Assembly: GCA_021298815.1 (NCBI GenBank)
Contig: JAJTHE010000040.1
Coordinates: forward strand, 3,999-67,998
Reading direction: 5' to 3'
DNA: 64,000 nucleotides
Origin: Betaproteobacteria bacterium
GTDB lineage: Bacteria > Pseudomonadota > Gammaproteobacteria > Burkholderiales > CAIKXV01
A model generated the notes under the pieces. That model worked only from the letters and a program-made list of their open reading frames with translations, was not told the DNA's origin and ran no database searches. Below, in pieces: positions 26,037 to 35,301 of the stretch. Every line of letters starts with the position of its first letter. The first letter of the stretch is position 1. The translations under genes were made by a program, and so were the position numbers.

Positions 26037-27422
26037 ATGCCACGAAACCGCGCAGTCCCCGCCCACCCTCCCGTTCCTCCCCGTGACGCCAGTGCCGTCC
26101 GCCCCGGGTCAACGGCCGCCACCGCCACGCAGCCGCTGCTGCCATGCACGCTCGGCCCGGGCGGCGGGCTGCGCTTCGCGCGTGGCATCCGGGCGGGACG
26201 CTGGGTGTTCGCCACCGGCCAGCTGGCCGTCGACTTCGAACATGGGGGCATCGCAGCGGACGTGCTGCGCAGCCGCTCGCCGCTGTCGGGCAGGCCCGGC
26301 CACCTGCGCGAGTCCGCGCGCGTGTTCGACCACCTGGAGCAGGTGCTGGCGGCCGGCGGCAGCTCGCTGGCGCGCATCGTGCGCAGCGACCAGTACTTCA
26401 CCAACTGGGCCGCGGTCAGCCACTACCACACGGAGCGCGTGCGGCGGTTCCGTCCGCTGGTGCCGCCGACCACGTCGGTGCTGGTGCCGGGGCTGCTCTA
26501 CCCGGACGCCAGCCTGGACGCGCAGTTCATCGCGCTGGCGCCGGCGTTCGATGCGCCGATCGAGGCGGTCTATCCGCCGGGCCTGCACGTGCCGTCCACG
26601 TCCGGCTTCGCGCCCGTGGTGCGCGCCGGTGACCACGTGTTCATCGCCGGCTTCATGGCCGCGCACCAGCCCGGAGACCTCGGCGGCATCGCACCCGAGG
26701 CGAAGGTCCCCGACGGCCACCTGTGGAAGGGCACGCGCATCAAGCTCGAAGCCGACTACGCGATGAAGCACAAGATCGCCGTCGCGCTGGAGGGCGCCGG
26801 CTCTTCGATCGCATCGATGGTCAAGGCCCAGGTCTACCTGCGCGACATGCACGACCTGCCGGCGTTCAACGAAGTGTGGGAGCGCTGGTTCCCCGACGCG
26901 CGCAGGCGTCCGGCAGTCAGCTACATCCCGACCTCCACGCCCGGCTTCGCCATCGAGGATGCCCGGCTGGAGATCAACGCGATCGGCCTCGTCGATGGCG
27001 CGACCACCCGGCGCCGGAACATCGATGGCGGCTTCCATACGGGCATCGACGGCCAGCCCGGCGCAGTGCTGGCCGGGGACCTACTGCTCTGCTCCGCGCT
27101 GCTCGCCGCGGACGCGGACGGCCCGTTGCCCGGGTGCCTGCCCGATCCGGCGCAGCCCTGCTTCGGTTCAGCCACCGAGGCGCAGGTCGACCATATCGTC
27201 GACCGTGCGCTCGCGCTGTGCGCGGCTGCCGGCACCACCCTGTCCAACATGGCCCGGCTGCAGCTGTTCATGACCGACCTGGGCGAGCTCGATGCGGCAT
27301 GGCGCGCCTTCCAGCGCAGGCTGCCCGGGCTCCACCTGCCGCTGTCCGCGGTCCAGGTGCCGGGACCGCTGCCGGTACCGGGCTGCACCGTGATGGCAGA
27401 CCTCTGGGTCTACGCACCGTGA
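26037..27422 (+). CDS. Triple-domain RidA/YjgF/L-PSP-family protein
   Basis: 461-aa track ORF in which three successive RidA-like segments can be read by eye (see finding). The first ~35 aa are Pro/Ala-rich. There is no obvious SD at ATG 26037, so the start is uncertain. Confidence 0.75.
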   Translation: MPRNRAVPAHPPVPPRDASAVRPGSTAATATQPLLPCTLGPGGGLRFARGIRAGRWVFATGQLAVDFEHGGIAADVLRSRSPLSGRPGHLRESARVFDHLEQVLAAGGSSLARIVRSDQYFTNWAAVSHYHTERVRRFRPLVPPTTSVLVPGLLYPDASLDAQFIALAPAFDAPIEAVYPPGLHVPSTSGFAPVVRAGDHVFIAGFMAAHQPGDLGGIAPEAKVPDGHLWKGTRIKLEADYAMKHKIAVALEGAGSSIASMVKAQVYLRDMHDLPAFNEVWERWFPDARRRPAVSYIPTSTPGFAIEDARLEINAIGLVDGATTRRRNIDGGFHTGIDGQPGAVLAGDLLLCSALLAADADGPLPGCLPDPAQPCFGSATEAQVDHIVDRALALCAAAGTTLSNMARLQLFMTDLGELDAAWRAFQRRLPGLHLPLSAVQVPGPLPVPGCTVMADLWVYAP

Positions 27423-30400
27423 TCGCCGTGCTTCGCAGCGGGCGCCTGCGCCGCATCGCCCTCTGGCTCGCCGGCATCTTCGTGCTGTTGGTACTGGCCG
27501 GGTTCTTCATCGTTCCGCCGGTGGCGAAATCGCTGATCGTCAAGCAGGCCGGCAAGGCCCTGGGCCGCGAGGTATCGATCGAGAAGCTGTCGGTCAATCC
27601 GTTCGCGCTGTCCGCGACCGTATCGGGCTTCAGGCTGTACGAAGCAGGATCGAAGGCGGTGTTCGCCTCGGTCGACGAACTCTACGTGAACATCGAATCG
27701 AGTTCGCTGTGGAACCTCGCGCCGGTGGTGGGCGCGCTGAAGGTCAGCGCACCCAAGCTCAGCATCGTGCGCCTGCCCGGCGAGCGCTTCAACTTCAGCG
27801 ACATCCTCGAGACGCTGGCCAGGCAGCCGAAGCGCGAAGGCAAGGCGCACTTCTCGCTGAACAACATCGAACTGGTCGACGGACGGATCGACATCGACGA
27901 CCGGGTCGAGGAGACCACGCACGCGATCACTGGCATCCGGCTGGGCATTCCGTTCCTGTCCAACCTGCCGGCCAAGGTCGCGCTGAAGGTGACGCCGTCC
28001 TTCGCTGCGAGCTTCAACGGCACCGACATCGAACTGAAGGGCGAGACCGTTCCGTTCCAGGACACGCTCGAGAGCTCGCTGCAGATCTCGCTCGACGACC
28101 TCTCGCTCGGCCGCTACCTGCGCTACGTCCCCGCCACGCTCGGCTTCGACATGCCGACGGGCACGCTGGACAGCGACCTTCGCCTCTACTTCATCCGCGT
28201 CGCCGGCAAGCCGCAGCGCCTGACCCTTTCCGGCACCGCGCGCCTGCGCGATCTCTCGGTGCTCGACCTGGCGAAGGCACCGCTGCTCGCGCTGCCGGTG
28301 CTGGAAGTGGACATCGAGTCGATCGACGTGTTCGCACGCGACGTCGACATCTCCAGGGTCACGATCAACGGCCTGTCGATCGACGCAGTGCGCGGCCGCG
28401 ACCGCCGGCTGAACCTGATGGCGCTGGTGCCGCTGCCGGAGAAGGGGGCGGCCGCGAAGGCGGCCGTGCCGCCCAGGACCGGCGCGACGAGCCCCGGACC
28501 GGCGGCGGCGCCGCTGCGCTTCTCGGTCACCGAGCTCGCGCTGAACGATGGCCGCATCGTGTTCACCGACCGCGCGCTGGCAGCGCCGTTCCGCACCGAA
28601 CTGGCCGATGTCGACGTGTCAGTGAAGGGCTTGACCAACGAACGCCCGGAGCCTGCGCAGGTCACGGCATCCATCCGCACCGGCTTCGGCGAAACGGTGT
28701 CGGCCCAGGCCGCATTCACCCTCGCCCCGGCTGCGGCCCAGGGCACGCTCGAACTCGCCGGCCTGCGTCCACGCAACTATGCGCCCTACTACGGGCCGCT
28801 GGTCCGCATCGAGGTCGACGATGCGAAGGTCGACCTGTCGACCCGGTTCCGGGTCGCCACCAGCGGCGACAGGCTCGATGCGGCGGTGGAGGCACTGACC
28901 GTTTCCGTCGCGGACCTGCGCACCCGTCGCAGCGGCGAGAAGGAACTGCTGCTCAATGTGAAGGCGCTCGCCGTGAGGGGCGTGGACATAGACCTCGCGC
29001 GCCGCGCCGCCACGGTCGGCGAGTTCAGCGCGCGCGACGCGCTCGCGCGGGTCGAACGGGCGAAGGACGGACGGCTGAACCTGGCATCGCTGCTCGCCGA
29101 TCCCGCCAGCGGTGCAGCAGCCACGGCCCGGCCGGCACCCGCGCAGCCGGCCGCGGCCGCGGCGCCCGCCACCGCCCCTGCCGACGCCGCGCCATGGACC
29201 TGGTCGCTGCGCCGCGCGGCGCTCGAGCGCATCAACCTTCGCTTCGACGACCGCGTGCCGGCCGAACCGGTGGCGATCGAGATCTCGGACCTCGCCGCCA
29301 CCGTCGAGGACCTCAACAGCACGAAGGGATCGCGGGCCAAGGCAACGCTGCGCATGGCGATCAACCGCGGCGGCAGCCTGTCGGCCCGGGGCCAGTTCGC
29401 GATCGAGCCGATGGCGGGCAGCTTCGACTTCGACGCACGGTCGATCGCCGTGCTGCCGCTGCAGCCCTACTTCACCGAGCGGCTGAACGTGGTGATCACC
29501 GGCGGCGAGGTCACGGCGAAGGGGTCCCTGAGTGCCGATGCGTCGGCCACGCCGCTGCGCGCCAGCTTCAACGGCGAAGCGAACATCGCCAACTTCGCCG
29601 CCCTCGAGCGGCTGACCAACGAGGAACTGCTGCGCTGGAAGTCGCTGTTCTTCGGCGGGGTCAGCGTGACGGCCGGCCCGACCCAGGTGGCGATCGGCGA
29701 GATCGCGCTGTCCGACTTCTTCGCGCGCATCATCCTGTCCGAGAAGGGCCGCCTCAACCTGCAGGACATCGGGCGGCAGGAAGCGGGCGCAGCACCGGCC
29801 ACCCCTGCCGCCCCTGCGGTGGCGACGGCAGCGGGCACGCCGCCGCCCGTCGCCGTCGCGCGTGCCGCGCAGGCGGCCGCGCCGGCAGCCCCGGCAAGGC
29901 CGGCGGCGGCGGCGCCGTTCCCGGTGAAGATCGGCCGCATCTCGCTGGCCTCGGGCAACATCAACTTCTCCGACCTGTTCGTGCGGCCGAACTTCCGGCT
30001 CAACCTCACCGGCATGACCGGGACCGTGTCCGCGCTCACCTCCGACCCCGGCACCGCCGCGGACATGGAACTGCGTGGCCAGCTCGACGGCAGCGCGCCG
30101 GTGGAGATCACCGGCCGCCTCAATCCGATCGCCACGCCGCTGCTAGTCGACATCAAGGGCACGGTGCGCGGCGCGGAACTGTCCACGCTGTCGCCGTACT
30201 CGACGAAGTACACCGGCTACGGCATCGAGCGCGGTCGCCTGACCCTGAACGTGGCGTACAAGGTCGAGGGGCGCAAGATCGATGCCGAGCACCGGATATT
30301 CCTAGACCAGCTCACCTTCAGCACCGAACGCATCGAGGGCCCCGCGGTGGTCAAGCTGCCGATCCTGTTCGCGGTGCGGCTGCTGCAGAACCGGCGCGGC

Positions 30401-31123
30401 GAGATCGACCTGAACCTGCCGATCAGCGGCACGCTCGACGATCCGAAGTTCCGCATCGGCCCGATCATCTGGCAGGTGGTGGTCAACCTGATCACGCGCG
30501 CGGTGACCGCGCCGTTCACCCTGCTCGCATCGCTGGGCGGCGGCAGCGCAGAGGAGCTGTCCGTGGTCGAGTTCGAACCGGGCCGCGCGGCGCTGTCGGA
30601 GGCCGCGCGCAAGCGCCTGGCCACGCTCGGCAAGGCACTCGCTGACCGGCCGTCGCTGCGGCTGGAGCTCGCCGGCAGCACGGATGCCGAAGCCGATCGC
30701 GAAGGCGTGCGCCGCGTCCAGCTGGAGTCGGCGGTGCGCGCGCAAAAGGCGCGCGAGCTGGCGCGCAAGGGCGAGGCGGTCGTCGGGCTGGATACGGTGA
30801 AGCTCGACCCGAAGGAATACGAGGCCTTCCTGCGCGCCGCCTACCGCGAGGCGAAGTTCCCCAAGCCGCGCAATGCGATCGGGATGCTGCGCGAACTGCC
30901 GGTGCCCGAGATGGAGACCCTGATGCTGACCAACACGGCAGTGACCGCCGACGACCTGCGCGAGCTGGCGGTGGCGCGCGCGCGCGCGGTCGAGACCTAC
31001 CTGGTGAAGGAGGCCGGGCTGTCGCCTGAACGCGTGTTCCTGGTCCAGGGCAAGCAGGCCGCCGAGGCCACCGCTGCGAAGGCGAAGCTGCCCGGCACGC
31101 GCGTGGACCTTGCGATCCGTTGA
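27419..31123 (+). CDS. DUF748-domain giant envelope protein (AsmA-like), N-terminally membrane-anchored
   Basis: Track ORF 26723..31123 trimmed to GTG 27419, which overlaps the upstream stop (GTGA). The product (1234 aa) begins [63 protein letters not shown], a positively charged n-region plus TM and the DUF748 N-terminal pattern. The body is long and beta-rich with Ala/Pro linkers. Confidence 0.8.
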   Translation: MIAVLRSGRLRRIALWLAGIFVLLVLAGFFIVPPVAKSLIVKQAGKALGREVSIEKLSVNPFALSATVSGFRLYEAGSKAVFASVDELYVNIESSSLWNLAPVVGALKVSAPKLSIVRLPGERFNFSDILETLARQPKREGKAHFSLNNIELVDGRIDIDDRVEETTHAITGIRLGIPFLSNLPAKVALKVTPSFAASFNGTDIELKGETVPFQDTLESSLQISLDDLSLGRYLRYVPATLGFDMPTGTLDSDLRLYFIRVAGKPQRLTLSGTARLRDLSVLDLAKAPLLALPVLEVDIESIDVFARDVDISRVTINGLSIDAVRGRDRRLNLMALVPLPEKGAAAKAAVPPRTGATSPGPAAAPLRFSVTELALNDGRIVFTDRALAAPFRTELADVDVSVKGLTNERPEPAQVTASIRTGFGETVSAQAAFTLAPAAAQGTLELAGLRPRNYAPYYGPLVRIEVDDAKVDLSTRFRVATSGDRLDAAVEALTVSVADLRTRRSGEKELLLNVKALAVRGVDIDLARRAATVGEFSARDALARVERAKDGRLNLASLLADPASGAAATARPAPAQPAAAAAPATAPADAAPWTWSLRRAALERINLRFDDRVPAEPVAIEISDLAATVEDLNSTKGSRAKATLRMAINRGGSLSARGQFAIEPMAGSFDFDARSIAVLPLQPYFTERLNVVITGGEVTAKGSLSADASATPLRASFNGEANIANFAALERLTNEELLRWKSLFFGGVSVTAGPTQVAIGEIALSDFFARIILSEKGRLNLQDIGRQEAGAAPATPAAPAVATAAGTPPPVAVARAAQAAAPAAPARPAAAAPFPVKIGRISLASGNINFSDLFVRPNFRLNLTGMTGTVSALTSDPGTAADMELRGQLDGSAPVEITGRLNPIATPLLVDIKGTVRGAELSTLSPYSTKYTGYGIERGRLTLNVAYKVEGRKIDAEHRIFLDQLTFSTERIEGPAVVKLPILFAVRLLQNRRGEIDLNLPISGTLDDPKFRIGPIIWQVVVNLITRAVTAPFTLLASLGGGSAEELSVVEFEPGRAALSEAARKRLATLGKALADRPSLRLELAGSTDAEADREGVRRVQLESAVRAQKARELARKGEAVVGLDTVKLDPKEYEAFLRAAYREAKFPKPRNAIGMLRELPVPEMETLMLTNTAVTADDLRELAVARARAVETYLVKEAGLSPERVFLVQGKQAAEATAAKAKLPGTRVDLAIR

Positions 31124-31146
31124 ACCCAGGCTGCCGCTCGACGACG

Positions 31147-31881
31147 ATGGAAGAGAAGATCCGGGTTTCCAAGCTGATGGCCGCGCAGGGGCTGTGCTCC
31201 CGGCGCGAGGCCGACGCCTACATCGAGCGCGGCTGGGTCAGCGTCGATGGCGTCGTGGTGAAGGAGCTGGGCACGCGCATCCTCGCGCACCAGAAGATCA
31301 CGCTTTCGCCCGCCGCGACCGCGAGGCAGCACGAGCGAGTCACGGTGCTGCTGAACAAGCCGATCGGCTACGTCTCGGCGCAGGCGGAAGCCGGGTACAG
31401 GCCTGCGGTGGTGCTGGTCGCCGCCGGCAGCCGCTTCGCCGGCGATGCTGCGCCGCTGCGTTTCGAACCGTCGCACCTGCGCGGCCTTGCGCCGGCAGGA
31501 CGGCTGGACATCGACTCGACCGGGCTGCTGGTGCTGACCCAGGACGGGCGCATCGCGCGCCAGCTGATCGGCGCCGACAGTGAGGTCGAGAAGGAGTACC
31601 TGGTGCGGGTCGAGGGCCGCCTGCCCGGCGACGGCATGGCGCTGCTCAACCATGGCCTGAGCCTGGATGGCGTGCAGCTGAAGCCCGCGGAGGTCGGCTG
31701 GCAGAACGATGACCAGCTCCGCTTCGTGCTGCGGGAGGGCCGCAAGCGGCAGATCCGGCGCATGTGCGAAGCCGTGGGGTTGCGCGTCACCGGGCTGAAG
31801 CGGGTGCGCATCGGCCGGGTGCGACTGAGCGACCTTCCGGTCGGCCAGTGGCGCTACCTCGCCCCCGGCGAGCGGTTCTGA
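31147..31881 (+). CDS. Pseudouridine synthase, RsuA/RluF-type with S4 domain
   Basis: Track ORF 31120..31881, with ATG 31147 preferred. It has the S4 domain [31 protein letters not shown] and the catalytic motif [17 protein letters not shown]. Confidence 0.85.
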   Translation: MEEKIRVSKLMAAQGLCSRREADAYIERGWVSVDGVVVKELGTRILAHQKITLSPAATARQHERVTVLLNKPIGYVSAQAEAGYRPAVVLVAAGSRFAGDAAPLRFEPSHLRGLAPAGRLDIDSTGLLVLTQDGRIARQLIGADSEVEKEYLVRVEGRLPGDGMALLNHGLSLDGVQLKPAEVGWQNDDQLRFVLREGRKRQIRRMCEAVGLRVTGLKRVRIGRVRLSDLPVGQWRYLAPGERF

Positions 31882-31973
31882 GCCCTTCGGTGGCCGGCCG
31901 CCGGGCCGGACAGGCAGCGCCGCCGCTATAATCCGCGTCCCGGTCGGTCGGACCGCAAGCGGAGCAGACAACG

Positions 31974-33185
31974 ATGGCACTTCCCCTCGAAGGAGTGAAG
32001 GTGGTCGACCTGACCAACGTGCTGGCAGGGCCTTTCTGCACGATGACCATGTCCGACCTGGGTGCGGAAGTGCTCAAGGTCGAGAACTTCCCGGAGGGCG
32101 ACCTTTCGCGCCGGCTGTCGCCGAAGATCAACGACGAGAGCTACTGCTTCGCGATGGTCAACCGGAACAAGCGCAGCATCGGCCTCGACCTGAAGAGCCC
32201 GCGCGGCAAGGAGGTGTTCATGAAACTCGCCGCCGGCGCGGACGTGATCCTCGAGAACATGCGCCCGGACGCGAAGTTCCACATGGGCGTCGACTACGAG
32301 TCGGTGAAGAAGGTCAACGAGAAGATCATCTACGCCTCGATCTCCGGCTTCGGCCAGACCGGGCCCTATGCGAAGAAGGGCGGCTACGACATCGTCGCCC
32401 AGGGCATGACCGGCATCATGCGCATGACCGGCGACCAGGGCGGCCGCCCAGCCAAGGTCGGCATCGCGATGAACGACGTGGCCGGCGGCATCACCGCCCT
32501 GTACGCGATCCTCGCTGCCTACATCCACCGCCTGCGCACCGGCGAGGGCCAGTACCTCGAGACCTCGCTGGTCGATGCCGGCCTCGCCTGGATGATGTGG
32601 GAGTCGGCGGCGTTCTTCGGCGCCGGCGAGGTCGCGATGGCCAATGGCACGCGCCATCGACGGTCGGCGCCCTATCAGGCCTTCCGCACCGCAGATGGCT
32701 ACGTGACGGTCGGCGCCAACAGCGAGAAGATGTGGGCGAGCTTCTGCAACGACGTGCTCGGGCGCCCGGAGATGCTGCAGGACGAACGCTTCGAGGGCCT
32801 GCAGAACCGCCTCGCGAACGTCGACGCGCTGCAGGACGAGATCGAGAAGGTGCTGACCACGCAGCCCACGGCGCACTGGGTGCCGCTGCTGGACAAGGCG
32901 GCTGTGCCCGGGGGACCGGTCTACACCTTCGACGAGACCGTGGAAGACCCGCACATCAAGGCGCGCGAGATGTTCTTCGACGTCGAGCATCCGATCATCG
33001 GCAAGATGAAGAACATCGGCTACCCGGTGAAGTTCTCGCGCACGCCGCAGCAGTTCAGGTCCGCCGCGCCCTGGCTCGGGCAACACACCACCGACGTGCT
33101 GGGCGAGCTCGGCTACACGGCGGCGCAGATCGAATCGCTGTTCGGCGATTCGGTGGTGTTCGACAAGTACCGCAAGCCCGCCTGA
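31974..33185 (+). CDS. Family III CoA-transferase (CaiB/BaiF)
   Basis: 403-aa track ORF. LEGVKVVDLTNVLAGPFCTMTMSDLGAEVLKVE and the internal GYD(I/V)V..G motif are typical of the family. Confidence 0.9.
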   Translation: MALPLEGVKVVDLTNVLAGPFCTMTMSDLGAEVLKVENFPEGDLSRRLSPKINDESYCFAMVNRNKRSIGLDLKSPRGKEVFMKLAAGADVILENMRPDAKFHMGVDYESVKKVNEKIIYASISGFGQTGPYAKKGGYDIVAQGMTGIMRMTGDQGGRPAKVGIAMNDVAGGITALYAILAAYIHRLRTGEGQYLETSLVDAGLAWMMWESAAFFGAGEVAMANGTRHRRSAPYQAFRTADGYVTVGANSEKMWASFCNDVLGRPEMLQDERFEGLQNRLANVDALQDEIEKVLTTQPTAHWVPLLDKAAVPGGPVYTFDETVEDPHIKAREMFFDVEHPIIGKMKNIGYPVKFSRTPQQFRSAAPWLGQHTTDVLGELGYTAAQIESLFGDSVVFDKYRKPA

Positions 33186-33207
33186 GCGCGGCACGGGCAT
33201 CCGCGCG

Positions 33208-33849
33208 TTGAACCCCGCGAAGCGGCGCGCCATCTTCGAGCGGTTCGCCTCGGCGAACCCGCATCCGAAGGGCGAACTCGACTGGCAGACGCCGTTCCAG
33301 TTGCTGGTCGCCGTGATCCTCTCGGCGCAGGCGACCGACCGCAGCGTCAACCTCGCCACCGCGAGCCTGTTCCGCGAGGCACCGGGCCCGCGCGAGATGC
33401 TCGCGCTCGGCCGGGAAGGCATCGAACGCCACATCCGTACGATCGGGCTGTTCCGCGCCAAGGCGAAGCATGTCGAGGAGACCTGCGCGATCCTGCTCGC
33501 GGAACACGGCGGCGAAGTGCCCGACGACCGCGAGGCACTGGAACGCCTGCCGGGGGTCGGGCGCAAGACCGCAAACGTGATCCTGAACATCGCCTTCGGC
33601 CATCCGACGATCGCGGTGGACACCCACCTGTTCCGGCTCGGCAACCGCATCCCGCTCGCGCCGGGCAGGACGCCGCTGGAGGTCGAGCGGCGGCTGCTGA
33701 AGTTCGTGCCGCCGGACTACCTGCAGCATGCGCACCACTGGCTGATCCTGCACGGGCGCTACGTGTGCAAGGCCGTGCGTCCTGACTGCCCGAACTGCCT
33801 GATCAACGACCTGTGCGAGTACCGCGGCAAGACGGTGGCCGACGCATGA
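33208..33849 (+). CDS. nth: Endonuclease III
   Basis: 213-aa track ORF (TTG start) with HhH-GPD motif LPGVGRKTANVIL and C-terminal Fe-S cluster ligands C-x6-C-x2-C-x5-C (CKAVRPDCPNCLINDLC). Confidence 0.92.
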   Translation: MNPAKRRAIFERFASANPHPKGELDWQTPFQLLVAVILSAQATDRSVNLATASLFREAPGPREMLALGREGIERHIRTIGLFRAKAKHVEETCAILLAEHGGEVPDDREALERLPGVGRKTANVILNIAFGHPTIAVDTHLFRLGNRIPLAPGRTPLEVERRLLKFVPPDYLQHAHHWLILHGRYVCKAVRPDCPNCLINDLCEYRGKTVADA

Positions 33850-34283
33850 GCATGTTCCAGCCCACGCGCGACGAAGCGCGCAGCTTCCTCGCCGATGTCT
33901 GGCGCAAGCACAAGGCGCGTGAACCGCTTGCACCGCTGGAAGCGGTGACGGTCGACATCATCGCGGCGCATCCCGAGTACCACCTGCTGCTCGAGACCGT
34001 GCCCGCGGCCGACCGGCGCGACTTCCTGCCCGAGGGCGGCGAGGCGAACCCGTTCCTGCACCTGCATCTGCACCTGGCGCTGGCCGAGCAACTGTCGATC
34101 GACCAGCCGCCGGGCATCGCCGCAGCCTACCGGCAACTCCTGGCCCGCATGGGCGAGCCGATGGCCGCGCAGCACGCGGTGATCGACTGCCTGGCCGAAA
34201 CCCTGTGGCGATCGCAGCGCGACCAGGCGCCGCCCGATGGCGAGGCCTACCTCGCATGCGTTCGGCGGCGCGCCTCCGGCTAG
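33846..34283 (+). CDS. DUF1841-family protein
   Basis: Track ORF 33813..34283 trimmed to ATG 33846, which overlaps the nth stop (ATGA). HPEYHLLLE and NPFLHLHLHLALAEQLSIDQPPGI are typical of DUF1841. Confidence 0.8.
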   Translation: MSMFQPTRDEARSFLADVWRKHKAREPLAPLEAVTVDIIAAHPEYHLLLETVPAADRRDFLPEGGEANPFLHLHLHLALAEQLSIDQPPGIAAAYRQLLARMGEPMAAQHAVIDCLAETLWRSQRDQAPPDGEAYLACVRRRASG

Positions 34284-34663
34284 TTGCGGACGGTCGAGAG
34301 CGTGCCCTTGAGGCGCGCGTAGTATGCCGCGAGGTCGCGGAAATCCTGCTCGCTCAGGTTGGCGATCTGTGCCGTCATGATCGCGTTCTTGCGTGCGCCC
34401 GTGCGGTAGGAGCGCAATGCATGCAGCAGGTAGTCTTCGTACTGGCCAGCGAGCCGCGGGAACGTCGGCGCTATGCTGTTGCCGTCCGCTCCGTGGCACG
34501 CCGCGCAGGGCTTGGACAGTTCCGCGCCGCGCTGCACGTTCTGCGCGATCGCCGGCGCAGCCAGCAGGGAAAGGAGAAGGCCCGCGCAGGCCGCCACGCG
34601 TATGGTGCAGCCTCCGAGGGACAGGGGGCCGAGGGACAGGGTCGTCATGGTCGTCGCGCTCAT
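34280..34663 (-). CDS. Monohaem class I cytochrome c (c4-domain-like)
   Basis: Track ORF 34280..35236 trimmed to ATG 34663 (ATG 34648 is also possible). It has a signal peptide, the haem motif CAACHG, and a distal Met region KNAIM..DLAAYYARL. Confidence 0.8.
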   Translation of the reverse strand: MSATTMTTLSLGPLSLGGCTIRVAACAGLLLSLLAAPAIAQNVQRGAELSKPCAACHGADGNSIAPTFPRLAGQYEDYLLHALRSYRTGARKNAIMTAQIANLSEQDFRDLAAYYARLKGTLSTVRN

Positions 34664-35025
34664 TTGCCGGCCGCCGTCGTCGAACGCAGGCCGCCCTGGC
34701 CGTAGAACGCGGCGAGGTCCGCCATCGCCTGGTCTGTCAGCGACGAGGCGATGGCGCGCATCGTCGGATGGGTGCGTTCGCCGCTGCGATAGGCCTGCAG
34801 CGCCGCAACGATGTATTCGGGATACTGGTTGCCGATCTTCGGGAAGTGGAAGACCTCGGGATACGCGTTGCGCAGGCCGCTGATGCCATGGCAGCCGGAA
34901 CACATCGCTGCACGCTGGGCACCCATCCGGGCGTCGCCGGTGACGGTCTGGGCGGACGCCGTGACGGCGGACGCGCCGAGCAGGACGGCCGCCACGCCGA
35001 TGAAACTGCTGACTGCATTCTTCAT
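34660..35025 (-). CDS. Monohaem class I cytochrome c (c4-domain-like)
   Basis: Track ORF 34660..35262 trimmed to ATG 35025 (MKNAVSSFIGVAAVLLGASAVTASA). It has the haem motif CSGCHG and THPTM..DLAAFYGQ. Its stop overlaps the next cytochrome start (ATGA). Confidence 0.8.
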   Translation of the reverse strand: MKNAVSSFIGVAAVLLGASAVTASAQTVTGDARMGAQRAAMCSGCHGISGLRNAYPEVFHFPKIGNQYPEYIVAALQAYRSGERTHPTMRAIASSLTDQAMADLAAFYGQGGLRSTTAAGK

Positions 35026-35301
35026 CGCTACACTGCTTTCTCGCACCGCAAAGTGGCACGGACTGTAATGGAATCGGGGGTACCCGGTCAATCGACGCAG
35101 GGCCGTTGCTCCCGGCCCGGTTTGCCGCAATGCCCCGCTTCGCCGATAATCGACGGCGGTCGGATGCAGCTGGGCCCACGCTGCCCGGATCGAGCGCGTT
35201 GCCGTACCTTGCGACGCATGCGGCGCCCTCGCCCAACCACCATCCATCGTCCGTCGGGACATCCGGAAAACGTGGCTCCGATTTTAACCGATTCGAACAG
35301 G

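Noticed and set aside
31927-31932. Perfect TATAAT hexamers at 31927-31932 (upstream of the CoA-transferase gene) and 39259-39264 (overlapping the SulP2 stop codon, upstream of the adenosyltransferase gene).
   Set aside because: Neither has a convincing -35 element at 16-18 bp spacing. The best is CGGACA at only 14 bp. Without transcript-start data I cannot support them as promoters.
35054-35069. Sigma-54-like TGGCAC at 35054-35059 in the cytochrome c / SulP divergent region.
   Set aside because: The -12 position reads GTAAT instead of TTGC(A/T), and there is no enhancer-binding-protein gene nearby. It was treated as chance.
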